A stretch of DNA of 64,000 nt from Phoronis australis. Taxonomy: Eukaryota; Animalia; Phoronida. The notes below the pieces were generated by a model. That model had not been told where the DNA came from. It made no database searches and saw nothing but the letters and a program-made list of their open reading frames with translations. Positions 14,071 to 27,842 of the stretch are shown piece by piece (within the stretch, counting starts at the first letter, position 1; every line of letters begins with the position of its first letter). The stretch covers positions 12,625 through 76,624 of the forward strand of contig NMRA01000235.1 of NCBI GenBank assembly GCA_002633005.1. Reading direction: 5' to 3'. A program made the translations under genes and the position numbers.

Positions 14071-14884
14071 TACACCGGTGACCTAAAGTCGTGAATACAG
14101 TATAAGCATAATAGGCCTAAGCAGTTGATTGTCATACTACCCAATGTCCGATTGCAACTGCTCATGTGATGTCATGGACATGTATTAGCCTTCACAAATA
14201 TACGTGTTTTGACAATCTTAATCTTTGTTTGTATCCGTAAGCAAAGTTTTAAAACAGTCGCTGATATCGCCGGCCATTTTGAATGAGGCCCTAAAGTCGT
14301 GAACGTTTCGTTTAGACGGAAATGCACGAAGTATGACCACACCAGTCAACTACAGTGCTTACAGTTACTCTAGATGACATAAGCATGCATGTTTTATTAA
14401 TTCAGTTTCAATTGAAATAAACTGTTATATGTTTTGCACCCAACTTTGATGTGCACAGACGTTTTCAATGAGGTTGCTCACGTAAATCGCTAAGAACCCA
14501 GCATCAATTATCGCTCTGTATTTTATTGTTTTGGCCTTACAAAACTTGATCGACCCTGGGACATTTTGATACATTGTTCAAGCTACCTCTGGAGCGCGTG
14601 TTTGAGTAAATCTGAACGATAAATGTTTTCGAAAATGTATCCCAAAAGTGCACAAAAAAGTGAATTAGTGAAATATGCTGTTTTTAAGATACATTTGAAA
14701 AAAGAACCCACTCACTCACTGTTTGTTATCATATTGTGAATACGAACACGTCCGGGTATTCGTTTGACGTTCGTAAGAAGACGAACGCTGGACACTTCAA
14801 CGCCAGATGTCGCAAGAACGCGCAGAAGAGGAAATAACATCGTTCACGACTTTAGGGCACTCACGACTTTAGGACCTCTGACGT
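14071..14884. mobile_element. TA-targeting MITE (Tc1/mariner-like, tentative)
   Basis: cctaaagtcgtga occurs twice in the left part and its complement tcacgactttagg twice at the right end. The element is flanked by TA on both sides. The uninterrupted flank (ggatgTAataac) is present in inverted orientation near 48040-48085. Confidence 0.6.
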
Positions 14885-15208
14885 TAATAACGTCCTTTGT
14901 CAACAGAAACAGAAATAAAGTAAAATCAAACACTATATGACAATTGACATTTAAGATATTAACACAGCACATGTATTTTCCTGCCTTTAATTGAGTTTAT
15001 GTACATTTCAAAAATCTGTGAAAAGTTCTCCGATGGCCTTTCAATTTATCCTTAAAACTTACCTAAGTATGTATTCGGAATGCGTGATTATTTGTAATAC
15101 GTAGGACGCAAACGTGATTCGATCATCGCGCGTTTTATCACATCTGTGATTTGATAACTCAGACAATTTGTGACAAAGCTACGATTGTGGAGCCCGTTTC
15201 TGTCTTAA

Positions 15209-18200
15209 GAGTGAAGTACGGCTCACAGCAGGCAAAAATGCCCAGAGGGGTGATAAACCCAATGTCACCGATTTGAGCCATACTATGCATTTTAGTTACC
15301 TTTGGGATGATAAACAAAACAGTAAAGTCCAATCTCATTTTACCTTGTTTAAGGGGGAGAAATCAGGGAGCCTCTATTTTGGGGGTATGCCATGCAATAA
15401 ACTCGCCGAAAATGCCTTATTTGCACTGCACAATAAAAAATATCGGCGCACGAGATTATTATTTGTTTGTAATTTTCAAATAAAGCAAGTCTTCGGCTTT
15501 ACAAAGATGTTAAACAATACTCATTAACTCTGCCGCTAAGTTAAAAATTTCAGGCATAAAGTATAGAGGGGTCAGAGGTTAACAAGGCATTGCAATTTCG
15601 CCACAATTTGAGCCCATATATCTCAGCTGGCACAACACTGATCAACACCAGACTTACACACAAGACGTTTCTATCTTATTGCTGTTGATTAATACAATAA
15701 AATTTTCTGGCACTGAGCATTTTTCTATACAAATTGCAAAATTGCGACAACCACCTGAGTAGAAATTACCTTCAATACCAATACCTGTTTGGAACATTAC
15801 AACACCAGTAAAGTGCATAGCTTTGATTCAAAAGTTGATTTATTAATATTTAGTTAAGTTTCATTAAGTCAGGCACAATTGTTTAAGGAATTTTTCCTTT
15901 TTAATTAAAATTCCGCGTTTTTCGTGAACCCAGTGTCCAACAACAGGTGTCACTTTAGTGGTGGAAACATGGTTGATCCTGACTTGCTGTGTTATCTGCT
16001 GGTATCATGGAGTGTGATGAAGTGTATGGAACCTCAAAAGAATGTCCTCTGCACATGTGTGAAATCTTGATGAGGCATAAAGTGAGTACCAAACCACCGC
16101 ACCTACAGACTGTGCGGCAACTGATTTTGGCGAGAGTCGGACAATTTACAAATGCGTGTTCACCGGACCCGTGTCACGCCTGTGTGACTGCGTCCAAGGC
16201 AAGGGCAAGACACCGGGCTCATCTTAGAATTCTGTGGAAACCATGCAGACTCTGCAAGCACCACTACTACTGCTTTGTTTGAATTTGAGGTTATCACGAT
16301 AGCATTGTGACGGTAATAGTCAGTTTTGTGGATACATGATTCCAGAACGAGTTAGCACCGCTAGAAACAACAGATGTTATTCTTATACAGTACCCTGCAA
16401 TGCAACTTACTGGTCCTCCTTTCAGGAAGATCACAAACTATGTGACCATGCATGTACTACAATAATGTAACAACAGTAATTGTTTTTGTACATGTAGTAT
16501 AGACAGAGCTTTTTATTGTACACACTGGTGAAATTTAGTAGTCCTATGCCTGCATCACTGTATATAACTGATAAACAGTCTTGTGTTCCTAAAGGCAAAT
16601 CAGTGATATACCTGCCCCGTTGCCGTTGTTGGAGTCTAGGCTAGCCTAGACCTATTCAGTTCATTTACTAGTAGCGTCTTGTGTTAGTTGTAAGTTTAGT
16701 CTGAGATTATGCGCATCTAGTGGCCTGTACTTGTTGCAAGCGGAAAATGCAATATCTCATTGATTTTCACTTTTCAACAACCGTTGAACCGCGTCTTCTT
16801 TTTAGTTCATTACAGGAAGTATTTTTTCTATAGATTTATTGATGAATACTGTAGTTATAGCATTATAAATTCCAATTTTAACTGACAACCTGCATGCCGG
16901 AATTTCTTTTCACTTCAGCTGTCAGTGAATTATGTAATGCTGGAAATCATAGCGTGTCGTTATGTTTTATGAGTACTACTATGTTGACATTTGTTGTCTG
17001 GATATGGTATTCATTTGATGTCCAAAGGAATCCAATCAAACTGGTAAAAATAAATCAAGTACCCACAGTGTTTTTCTTGTTGTACTTATGGTCGTTTTAC
17101 ATATTACACTACATGGGTCAAATGAATTATCTCAGCTAAAATCATTGGATCACTCAGCGGCAGTCACACCTGTGTACACTGTAGTGGCTGGGCTCTGCAA
17201 AGTTCTGCAAAAAGTGTATAATTCGAGAGTGTTACAACCTTCCTGTCATTTTTCAGAAAGTAGAGCAACAAAGCAGACCCCGCAAAAACTGCACAGGCGA
17301 TGAAGACGGATGAGCAGTTTCGGGAGGAAGGCTGGCTGACACTACAACAGGATAAAGGTTTCTTTTCACGCTTGGCTGCCTTGAACCGCGCTGGAAAATG
17401 GTCAAATGAGGGAGATAATGAACTTGACAGTCAGTGATGTCCAGTAATACTCCGGATTTCATCTTTGTTCGGACATTATACATTCTGTTGGGTTGTCTGA
17501 GTGATTTAACCAGTTGTTATTGATGTGATATTGTAGAAACTGAGGTAAATGCAAAATGCAATATAGCAACACTTGCTGTGATTTTGTCAGTAAAATTTAG
17601 GATGTTTAGACAGTGTTCCGGTTGAAACTTTGCTGTCCAATTTATTTAAAGATGCTGGTATTTCAGTTTCCATCTTTCAAATTCATATTACACTCAATCT
17701 CTCTTAACTAAAAAGCGAAGCCTTATCTGAATGTTAACTTATGTACAAGCCTAAGGAAAGGTAGTGACTTAGGCATACTTGAACCAATTCACTGGCATTT
17801 AGATCAAAGAACACTTTTACACATCTCGTTTTTCCATGCTACTTTCTACCACTTAACTGAATGGCCAGTGTTAAACCAGATTACAGTCACATTAAATATC
17901 ATTTTGACTTTAATCTGTTCCAACATTGTTTTTTGCAGAAGGAGAGTTATTTTTACGGTATTTGATGATGAGTTAAGGGAGGTGCCGAGGTCACCTGTAT
18001 TCTGAATTGGTAACATCAGGAGTGTCATGTTTGAGCCAATTCACTGGTATTTAGATGTTTTAACACATTTAGACATCGTGTTTTCCATGGTAGTTTGTAT
18101 AAATTAACCATGCAATGAGTGTTAAACCAGATTCTGGTAGCATTAAATGTCACTTTGTACTTTAAAGTGATCCAACATTGTATATACAGACTGGGGAGTT

Positions 18201-19746
18201 ACGTGTACCGTATGGGATGAGGAGGTACATGTAAGCGAGATCACCTGTATTTTGAACAACTAACATAGGAATCTCCTATTTGAGTCAGTCCATTAGCACT
18301 TAGATCAAATACCACATCTAGATATCTCTGATGTGATTTTGCCTTAGAAAGTTGGTAGTCTTGCTATTAAAGAACCTCGAAGACTAATTAGCAGTTAGAA
18401 ACCAACGTGCATGAAGTTATATTTTGAACTGAGTTTCAAAGTTTATATGCTGTACATTGTTTGTCTGCTGAGAAGTCATGGACAAACATGAGCTACAATA
18501 CAATACTTGTCGTGTACTTATGGACTTTATACTGAAAGCAGCCTTTATCACTTCTTTCACATGACCTCTGCAGTGGATCATGCTTTCAACATGAGGCATT
18601 TATATAGTCAAGTAACAGCTGATCACCTGGAACAGGATACATGTACGTTTGCCCTCTGGAGGACTGGGAAGTAATATGAATTCACTCTTTAGACTTCTCA
18701 CAACTAGTCACACAAACTTATTCAAGTACGTTCCTCTGTGCCTCCCACTGCTCAGGTGAAATATCTTCTCACTGGTAGCTGGTTCCATGTTGTCAGCCCC
18801 CATTGCTAATCGAAAGTCTCCCATTTTCACTTGTGTCAAGCACAGCAAAATGCGCGCAGATAACAAAATGATAACATTAGCCAGCCATACCACTTCAAAA
18901 GTGAAGTTATTGTGACATTGGCGGCTACATAACGTCCACGGAATGACTCTGACCAGTGGTTTTGCATGTGCCTGTAATTGCCAATGAATCTTTCACCTTG
19001 ACACTGTCCTGCGCTTTTAACGCCCTGCATCAAAACCACTTGAAGCTTCCTAAAGAAATGTTTGTTCAGATACACTCCACAGGTAACCCACAGTAAGCAT
19101 CTTTGTAAACAGGACAGTCACAGATAAAACCATAAATAAATGATCTTTTTCATACAACACTGTAAGATTTGGAACGTCGCAAGTGGGGAGAGGGCATTGT
19201 AGTGAAATGGCGTAACCACCAGTCATTTTTTACTTCAAATGACATGAAATCCGTTCGCGCCAGAATTTTTTTGTCTTTAGTAGACTTAAAGTAGCTCAAC
19301 ACACTGGTTGGCACTGAAATGTTCTGAAACCTGTGCCAGCTGAGATATCGGGATACAAATTTAGCCAATATTGACAGTTTCAAAAATCACAAAAAGTACT
19401 CATCTTATGCGGCTCTAAAAACAGACAAAAAATTATCAAAATCTTTTAAATTTTCATGAATAAAGTAGTCGAAGGTCACACCTGATCAATAACACAGGTT
19501 CAATATTTCAACGTTGCTTCCACTGCGTAACGTAACTGTCGGAATTTTACTAAAACTTAACTGCCGCCATTCTGAAAACTTGTCGGAAATAAATAGTATC
19601 CATGGAAACCAAAAGGGGGCGTTTTGAAAAAAAAATAAAAGTGGTCTGGAGTCAGTGGGGCCAGTGTCATCTCACAGATAAAATATAAAGAGAATCTGTG
19701 ACATAGCGTTTGTCACCCTCTGCCTGGTCCATTCGCGAACATGCTC
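15209..19746 (+). mobile_element. Sola3-like DNA transposon, degenerate, 4.5 kb
   Basis: TTAA is duplicated at 15205-15208 and 19747-19750, with a single empty TTAA at 48533-48536. Termini are GAG...CTC, with an imperfect subterminal inverted repeat (agaggggtgataaacccaatgtcac vs gtgacatagcgtttgtcaccctct). The internal Cys/His-rich relic QLILARVGQF..HRAHLRILWKPCRLCKH (15989-16282) resembles a Sola3 transposase N-terminus. Confidence 0.7.
17779..18330 (+). repeat. ~250-bp diverged tandem repeat (about 2.2 units) inside the Sola3-like element
   Basis: The motif ttga(a/g)ccaattcactgg(c/t)atttagat occurs at ~17779 and ~18030, with a more diverged copy at ~18279. The first two units also share gtgttaaaccagatt and tcacctgtatt.tgaa. 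Confidence 0.6.
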
Positions 19747-21804
19747 TTAACTTTTTTTGAAATCGGGCCAATTTGAAACAAAAATGGATTATCCCTCTTT
19801 TATGGTATTTCTTAAATTAATTCTCCGTTAATTTCACCTACACAGAACACAGAATGAGTTCGTTAGTCTAAAGATATCGCTAAACCTTTTTGAGACGTCT
19901 TGATTTCTGACACTTTAAGCAAATTTGAGCACCAATTGATAAGTAGTACAGGGCGTATTTCCACTTATGCCATGGCCCTAGATAAGAAAAAACGTGTCTT
20001 TTTATATTTTCTGTCAATAAACGGCGACAACGACAGTTTGTGGACAGAAGAACAATGAAAAGTATCCGGACATGTTTCCCTGTATAATGACACTTAGTAC
20101 AAATAGATCGAACACTTAACCCGAAAGGTTTTAAGGAGTTCACTTTCACAGCAAAAATCAGAATGCGATTGGTAGAGGATTTTAACTGAGGCGGAAATGT
20201 TATCCTTGAATCTCGAAAAACAAAAAGAAGGGGCGGCACCTAATGTTTTAATACCTGAGGTACGCAACAGGGCAACAATGCCCAGATGCTTGTTCTCTTA
20301 GACCACTAATTAGACTTTATGGCAATAGTACATGTAGGACATACAGTAACAAGTTAGTTACATGTAGGTTACAAGCTAGAAAATGAATCCACAGATAAAT
20401 ACAAATTTTTCCATTTGTCTATCAGCATAAATCTTAATCACATAATAATTTTTGATGGAAACTGCAAAGTTATCTATGGGAATCTTTTACTCGCGACTGG
20501 GAACTGGACCAACGTTAACGTGGTTGTGTACCAAGTGCTAATCAGCAGTCTTTGCACGAACATGGACTCACCACAAAACGGGTTTACACCTTGCTATTTG
20601 ATCAAGCTAAAACAAAGTTCATACCCCGACCGTCTATCTGAACCAAGGCCAAATAAACAAACACGATGGATGTGTGTTGCCTGAAAACGTATTTCCTCCA
20701 AGAAGTGGCTTATTGAGTGTTTGAATACGGTGAAGGGTGTTGTAAGTGGTCACAGAGGAGAAAAAAATTAATTTTCACAACATATGCCTGTGTGGTTTTA
20801 GGGTTTTAGGCTATTGAAAAACACTTCCAGTTCCCTAAAATTCCGTAAGAAAAGAGGGAACTCCCATTTGGCGCCAAAGCCGTTTCACTCTCCCTCTCCC
20901 CCTTACTTTCCAACATGGTGTCGCAACAGAGGTTCGACTGATTTGAAAACGTGCATGTAGATATTATAAGTTTTCGTTTTTGGCTAAATAATAAGTAATA
21001 CCTGAAATAAGGACGCTAGAGTGCAGCTCAAAAACGAAGTTTCGATATGAATCAGAAGTCATCCTCAGGTACAACAGTAGACACAAAACAAAATACCGTA
21101 ACAGAATAAGATTAATATTGAAATGTCGTTCTCAAACATCCATATGCCACCGCTTTCTCGATGGAAAAGCTTTGGCCAAATTTCATAAAGTTTCACTAAA
21201 GAAATTTAGTTATATTAACAGCCACCAGGGAGCCACCAAAAGTTAAAGTATGTAAAAGTTGACGTTGACTGATTTGATTGCCATAGAAACATATTTTCAA
21301 AAAACAATGGAGCCCTTTTATGAGATTTATACATGCTGCCTATAGTCATACACCGTAATATACGCGATGGTTATAGTTTTTTCTATGGACTATTGCATGA
21401 AAACAAACAAAAAGCTCATAATTTCTATTTTATTGTTTTAGTCAGACTGCAATCTGGCGAAAATTTATCATTACAAACCGTCAACTCCCCGCAAACTGGC
21501 CCCCACAGCACCTCAAATGTGATTGAAAATCAAGGACACAAAATTGGGCAAAACTTAACGGGTTAACGTGTCAGAAAAGCAGAAGCCACTAAACTTCCAG
21601 CAGTTCAAAGTCTGCTGGCTGTTTTACCAATACCAGAAGCGCAGAGGCCAAACGTAGCTCCCACAGTGTATAAACTACTCGATTCATTCTATACATGTAC
21701 ATATGAAAACATTGTATACGTACATTTTCACTGGTATCCAAGACATGGTTCCATCATGAACGAGCACAATTCAGCATGTAAATAAGGCAATGCCAGCAAG
21801 CGGC

Positions 21805-22161
21805 AAAACCATGGCCCTATACATCAGGCGGGATGCAAACGACTCGACAGATCTCCCAAAGCTATTTTGGGGACCTGTTAACAACAGTGACGAACAAATA
21901 TCATCGCCGCTTGTCGCAATTTTCTAACAGTTTCCATTCTGCTTAGGAATTACTCAATAGAAAAATTGCTGGTGCCCATGTAAGTAAAGTTAGATTGACA
22001 TGAATAACTATATAATCGAGTCTCAAATTACGGATTCCTCATCAATCTTCCGAGTACATCAATGTTCGACCAAACTCTGCATGTGAGACCTTCCGGTGTG
22101 GTAAATTTTGATCCTTGAAAATCATTTCCCAATTTGGTTCTTTTGCAGCTTAATGTTCTGT
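21805..22161 (-). pseudogene. Kringle-domain pseudoexon, paralog of the 32256-32537 exon
   Basis: Acceptor ttccttcag then phase-1 DRTLSCKRTKLGNDFQGSKFTTPEGLTCRVWSNIDVL (compare CKTTKLGQEYAGSKATTKEGLTCRGWSNTDVL). There is a premature TAA at 22028-22030 and a GPWFC remnant near 21810. Confidence 0.7.
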
Positions 22162-22719
22162 CTGAAGGAATGTAAAATAGCATATAATTGAACATATAAC
22201 ATGCTGGTGAAGGCATTTGTTTTAGTGAGCCTATAGCTGTTTGCCTAAGGCTTTCGAATAAGTACACATACACTGTATATCACATACATCACTTTTCTAA
22301 GATTTTTCAGAAGGCATATGAATTAGTATGGAGGTTACAAACTAGGAAATATTAAAGGAGAATGCCACCCAAAGAACCTATTTTGTATCAATTTAGATCG
22401 AGTGGGTCTACTCGATAACGGCACGTTTCGGTTGCGTTACCTGACACCTGACGGAGAACAGAGGTGTTGAAATTATCCAATGACGTCATTGGTTTCACAC
22501 CCAGTCAGTTCAGCAGTACACAACACGGGTTCCTGGTGTTAGGTTATCGCTTGAATTCATCGTTTAACACCAATAAATAATCAAAGTTCGATGTAAAAAC
22601 CAACTTTGTAGAATATAATGGTGTTGTTTCCATTCTAAAAAGGTTTCAAAAAAGTCTTTTTCAAAGTAAATTTAAAAGTGTCTACTCTCCTTGCATGCCT
22701 TTAGCAATACTCACTTACG

Positions 22720-23340
22720 GAAAGTTTTGAAGGAATGGAGACATATTTGATCAGTCTGTAATGTCTTTAAGAAACCTTCTAAGTCAGAGTGTAAATGGGA
22801 AATAGAGTTAGGAGTTTACATTGAAAGAAAATATACGCATTGCCTTATGAAATTACAAAGGATCCCATCACTTGATGGTGCCAATTTAAAATACTACACA
22901 GGATGATTGCAACAAATACCATTTTAGTCAAAATCCGTGTTCGGTATTCTAATTTATGTTCCTTTTGTAATAAAGCTCCAGAGACGCTGTCACACCTTTT
23001 TTTGGGAATGTCGCCTTGTACAAGATTTCTGAAAGAAATTCGGAAAGGTAATGCAAAAGTGTCGCATTCAGCTTCTCAACAGTCTCTCTTACGAACGAGT
23101 TGTCCTTGGACTTTATGAGACACATGATTTTCTATTTAACATTTTGCTTCTAATAGCCAAAGAGTGCATTTACAAGGAGAGATGCCACAAACATGTATCT
23201 AATTTTTACAGGTTTATTACAAAAACTTATGAGTACTATAATACTGAGAAATTATTTGCATATAAAAACTTTGTTTATGACAGCTTCTCTGCGAAATGGG
23301 AAAATTTCATTGTTTACGTTGATTCCATTTAGAAGTTGTT
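22720..23340 (+). mobile_element. 3' end of an L1/Tx1-clade LINE ORF2 (zf-RVT region), 5'-truncated
   Basis: FKILHRMIATNTILVKIRVRYSNLCSFCNKAPETLSHLF(W)EC has the CxxC..ET..HL.W.C zinc finger, followed by NILLLIAKECIYK...KW. It is repeated at 24679-25100. Confidence 0.8.
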
Positions 23341-26300
23341 TATTTTACACGATATACGAGAATGGTCTTTCTTGAGGTGTGCATGCGAGAATGAATGGAT
23401 GTAATTGTTTGTTTGTTTGCTTTTGGACGTGAGTGTGAATTGAGTGCAGTGATATGAGGATGTCAGATCACGCTAGCTGACCGTGGTATCAAAAATATCA
23501 TCTGAACGGGGTTAAATAATATTCACTGTACATGGGACAGCATACAGTATACAAACGTTCTAGACAAGTCAGTAAATTTCCACATTGGAAAATCAATTCA
23601 GTCAGTTTTCCTATTAGTATTTGCCAGCCGCCGGAAACGAGGCTACTGTGATTGCGGACAAGTGAACGGAAATTTGTATATTTGATTTAAAACCAAACTT
23701 AAACTGTAACTGATTTCTTGGAAATTATCGCAAAATCATCATCTGCGCACTTTCTACACTTTCAATAAGGAACATGACTAATTGACCGTTGATAAAATAT
23801 ATCGCAATTAATAAATAATTTGGGAATATAACTTGAATTTCATAGAATGTTCAATGTTTAGGTGCTTTTAATTCAATTCTAAGACTTAAAATACTTATAT
23901 GTATAGTTTTAACCGTCTGAAACTTTCAAAATTGAAAAAATAACCTATTTTCCCAAGATAAGATATTTTTATCAAGTGTCTTTATTTCTAAGCACCTCAC
24001 ACAGCAGTTATGTACAGACAATCGGTGTAGGTGTTGCAGGGCTAATTAGCCATTTATGGACAAGTGCTGATTTGGAGATTAATTAAGTGTTGGTTAAATA
24101 AAGATATAAATCGGTAAATACATTACACCATATCTTATATATGTCAATCGTAATTTTGTGTTTGATTTTACTTTATTTCTGTTTTTGTTGACAAAGGAAG
24201 TTATTACATCCGAAAATTTCAAATTTCCAGTTGTTTTATTTACCGATTCATATTCTTCATTTCATGAAACAGTAGTATCCTTGGGAGGATCTGGATCGCC
24301 TTATTTAGTTTCAGATATATTTTCTACGTTAAATAAAGATAAAACGTGCACTTTTGCCTCGAAAACTCTTACATTACAGTTTTTTCAAAAATATCCTACG
24401 TCAGTGCATGTACTGTATCTCTCACCCTTGCTCTGTCATTTTATTGATGTCAGGTGCTTTGGAAGACGCGGCAACATTGAAAATCCAACTCTGGAGGAGC
24501 TGCAAGTCCTTGGGGGAGAGTTGCTCAGAGGATTCATCGTGCAAGCGAACGAGGGTGGCACTTTTGTCTTGCAATCATCCCTATTTGTCTGTGTCGACAT
24601 TGGCAATCATCGAAACGTGAAGATCCGGTGTGACGAGAAAAACATAAAATACTGCATCGCCGAGGTAATTGTAAGGTNTACCTTTTTAGTCAAAATCCGT
24701 GTTCGGTATTCTAATTTATGTTCCTTTTATAATAAAGCTCCAGAGACGCTGTCACACCTTTTTTGGGAATGTCGCCTTGTACAAGATTTCTGAAAGGAAT
24801 TCGGAAAGGTAATGCAAAAGTGTCGCATTCAGCTTCTCAACAGTCTCTCTTACGAACGAGTTGTCCTTGGATTTTATGAGACACATGATTTTCTATTTAA
24901 CATTTTGCTTCTAATTGCCAAAGAGTGCATTTACAAGGAGAGATGCCACAAACATGTACCTAATTTTTACAGGTTTATTACAAAAACTTATGAGTACTAT
25001 AATACTGAGAAATTATTTGCATATAAAAACTTTGTATATGACAGCTTCTCTGCGAAATGGGAAAATTTCATTGTTCACGTTGATTCCATTTAGAAGTTGT
25101 TTATTTTACACGATATGCGAGAATGGTCTTTCCTGAGGTGTGCATGCGAGAATGAATGGGTGTAATTATTTGTTGGTTTGCTTTTGGACGTGAGTGTGTG
25201 TCGAGTGCAGTGATATGAGGATGTCAGATCAGGCTAGCTGACCGTGGTATCAAAAATATCATCTGAACGGGGTTAAATAATATTCACTGTACATGGGACA
25301 GCATATACAAACGTTCTAGACAACTCAGTAAATTTCCACATTGGAAAATCAATTCAGTCAGTTTTCCTATTAGTATTTGCCAGCCGCCGGAAACGAGGCT
25401 ACTGTGATTGCGGACAAGTGAACGGAAATTTGTATATTTGATTTAAAACCAAACATAAACTGTAACTGATTTCTTGGAAATTATCGTAAAATCATCATCT
25501 GCGCACTTTCTACACTTTCAATAAGGAACATGACTAATTGACCGTTGATGTAATATATCGCAATTAATAAATAATTTGGGAATATAACTTGAATTTCATA
25601 GAATGTTCAATGTTTAGGTGCTTTTAATTCAATTCTAAGATTTAAAATACTTATATGTATAGTTTTAACCGTCTGAAACTATCAAAATTGAAAAAATAAC
25701 CTATTTTCCCAAGATAAGATGAATTTTTATCAAGTGTCTTTATTTCTAAGCACCTCACACAGCAGTTATGTACAGACAATCGGTGTAGGTGTTGCAGGGC
25801 TAATTAGCCATTTATGGACAAGTGCTGATTTGGAGATTAATTAAGTGTTGGTTAAATAAAGATATAAATCGGTAAATACATTACACCATATCTTATATAT
25901 GTCAATCGTAATTTTGTGTTTGATTTTACTTTATTTCTGTTTTTGTTGACAAAGGAAGTTATTACATCCGAAAATTTCAAATTTCCAGTTGTTTTATTTA
26001 CCGATTCATATTCTTCATTTCATGAAACAGTAGTATCCTTGGGAGGATCTGGATCGCCTTATTTAGTTTCAGATATATTTTCTACGTTAAATAAAGATAA
26101 AACGTGCACTTTTGCCTCGAAAACTCTTACATTACAGTTTTTTCAAAAATATCCTACGTCAGTGCATGTACTGTATCTCTCACCCTTGCTCTGTCATTTT
26201 ATTGATGTCAGGTGCTTTGGAAGACGCGGCAACATTGAAAATCCAACTCTGGAGGAGCTGCAAGTCCTTGGGGGAGAGTTGCTCAGAGGATTCATCGTGC

Positions 26301-26435
26301 AAGCGAACGAGGGTGGCACTTTTGTCTTGCAATCATCCCTATTTGTCTGTGTCGACATTGGCAATCATCGAAACGTGAAGATCCGGTGTGACGAGAAAAA
26401 CATAAAATACTGCATCGCCGAGGTAATTGTAAGGT
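22918..26435. repeat. ~1.76-kb near-identical direct duplication across N at 24678 (probable assembly overlap of two haplotypes)
   Basis: 22918-24677 recurs as 24679-26435 with scattered SNPs and small indels. The junction is exactly the single N. Confidence 0.85.
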
Positions 26436-27842
26436 TGCCATCGTAAGGGGTTACACGAGACGTCTTTTTCACGGACTGCACTCAAGCACTAAGTTGCCGT
26501 TACGGAACCATTGCTTTACGTTCCTCTTGATAAACAGCTCCAGCCATCGGACGTTGATTGGAGTCCAAATTTTTTAACAATGAATCCGATCAAATGAATT
26601 TTATTTTAGAACCAGTGCACGTTGAGTGGAACGCCACCTGTGAGAAGACGGACTGTTACATTTAATTTAAAAACAGCACTTCCTGAAGACGGTGAGAGGA
26701 AGGTTTTTGTTCATCATGTTACTGATTTTGAATTACACAAAACATGTCATCCCAGGAGGTAAAATATCAGAATTTGAAAATTGAGGGACGCGTCGGTATT
26801 TGACAGAGAAATAAAACACGTCCGGTGTCACTGACGGCCGGAATAGTTCTAATGAAGATACTATTGAGGTTGATTTACTATTGTCCTTACCATGGTAACA
26901 GTTTTCACGGTTGTTGATAAAATATAGTAAATTGAGTAACGTGTGGCTGGGTATAACGTTTTCCACTTTTGTGCTATCATGCAAAATTTTTAATATAATT
27001 TGGTGCCACCACCGATTATTCCGGTTCCGGAAGCAGAGCTCTATGCACATCAGTTCTGGCACGGTTCCTAAATGCCGGCAATCTCATCCTAGAAAAAGCA
27101 CTGACACCAATTGAACATAAAATACTCGTTATTATGTTTTGTTACTTTTTGATTCTTTATTTGTTTTTGTGCAAGCCCAGACTGAAATGTAGGGATGCAG
27201 AGGTCTCGAATTTTTGGGTTTGCTGACCTTATTACTAAAAAAGGGCTATCGGGTTTATTCAAGGCCTATGCGTTGTGCATTCGCCCCCCAAACTCCCTGG
27301 GTGCGCGCATGTGCTACTCACCAATTCGCACCTCGTACTACCAACTGGTATCTGGGAGAATTTTAGTGCGGGCCTTTGCCTCCTTGGCCTCCCCCTAAAT
27401 CCGCCACTGAGTTGAATTAACAAGCCGAATGTTACCGTAAAAGTTGTCTCATGTACTTAGTGTTGAACCAGTTTGCTTATACGCCTGTTTTAGTTGAGTG
27501 ACTATGGTAAAACAAGTGGATATGATTTTTTCCACTTCAAACATCACGTTTTCTGATTTTGCGTTGTTGTGGCCTTTGAGTTTGCGGCACCAACTTCCGC
27601 AATGGCATCATACCACACAGTCTGCCTACTTGACGTGGCGCTCTCTTCAACATCAAAAATAAACGACACTGAAATGGTTGTGATGTTTTATTTTCACGGG
27701 CTAAATTTGTTCATAAGAATACATGGACATGGCCATTATCGAGGATTCTTTTCTGTGGCTTGTCTGTCTGAAAAAAAAACAAGTGACCATGATTGTGATT
27801 TTCAAAACGTGCCGACCGACTGTGGCATACATGTACCAATAC

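Larger units (their letters stand above)
2861..21565. repeat. Segmental duplication, copy A
   Basis: Colinear blocks seen by eye: 2861-3750~37520-38405, 5030-6870~41105-44270, 7570-9450~44280-45880, 10870-12110~45880-47210, 14990-15208~48160-48536, 19747-20620~48533-49800, 20915-21555~51465-52100. ORFs 8974-9195 and 45410-45631 translate identically. Confidence 0.9.

Noticed and set aside
24158-26446. Longest ORFs (211 aa at 24158 and 176 aa at 25916) as a tandem gene pair
   Set aside because: They start at non-ATG codons and have no domain. The 211-aa ORF is a chimera across the N into a LINE fragment, and the duplication is most likely haplotype overlap.
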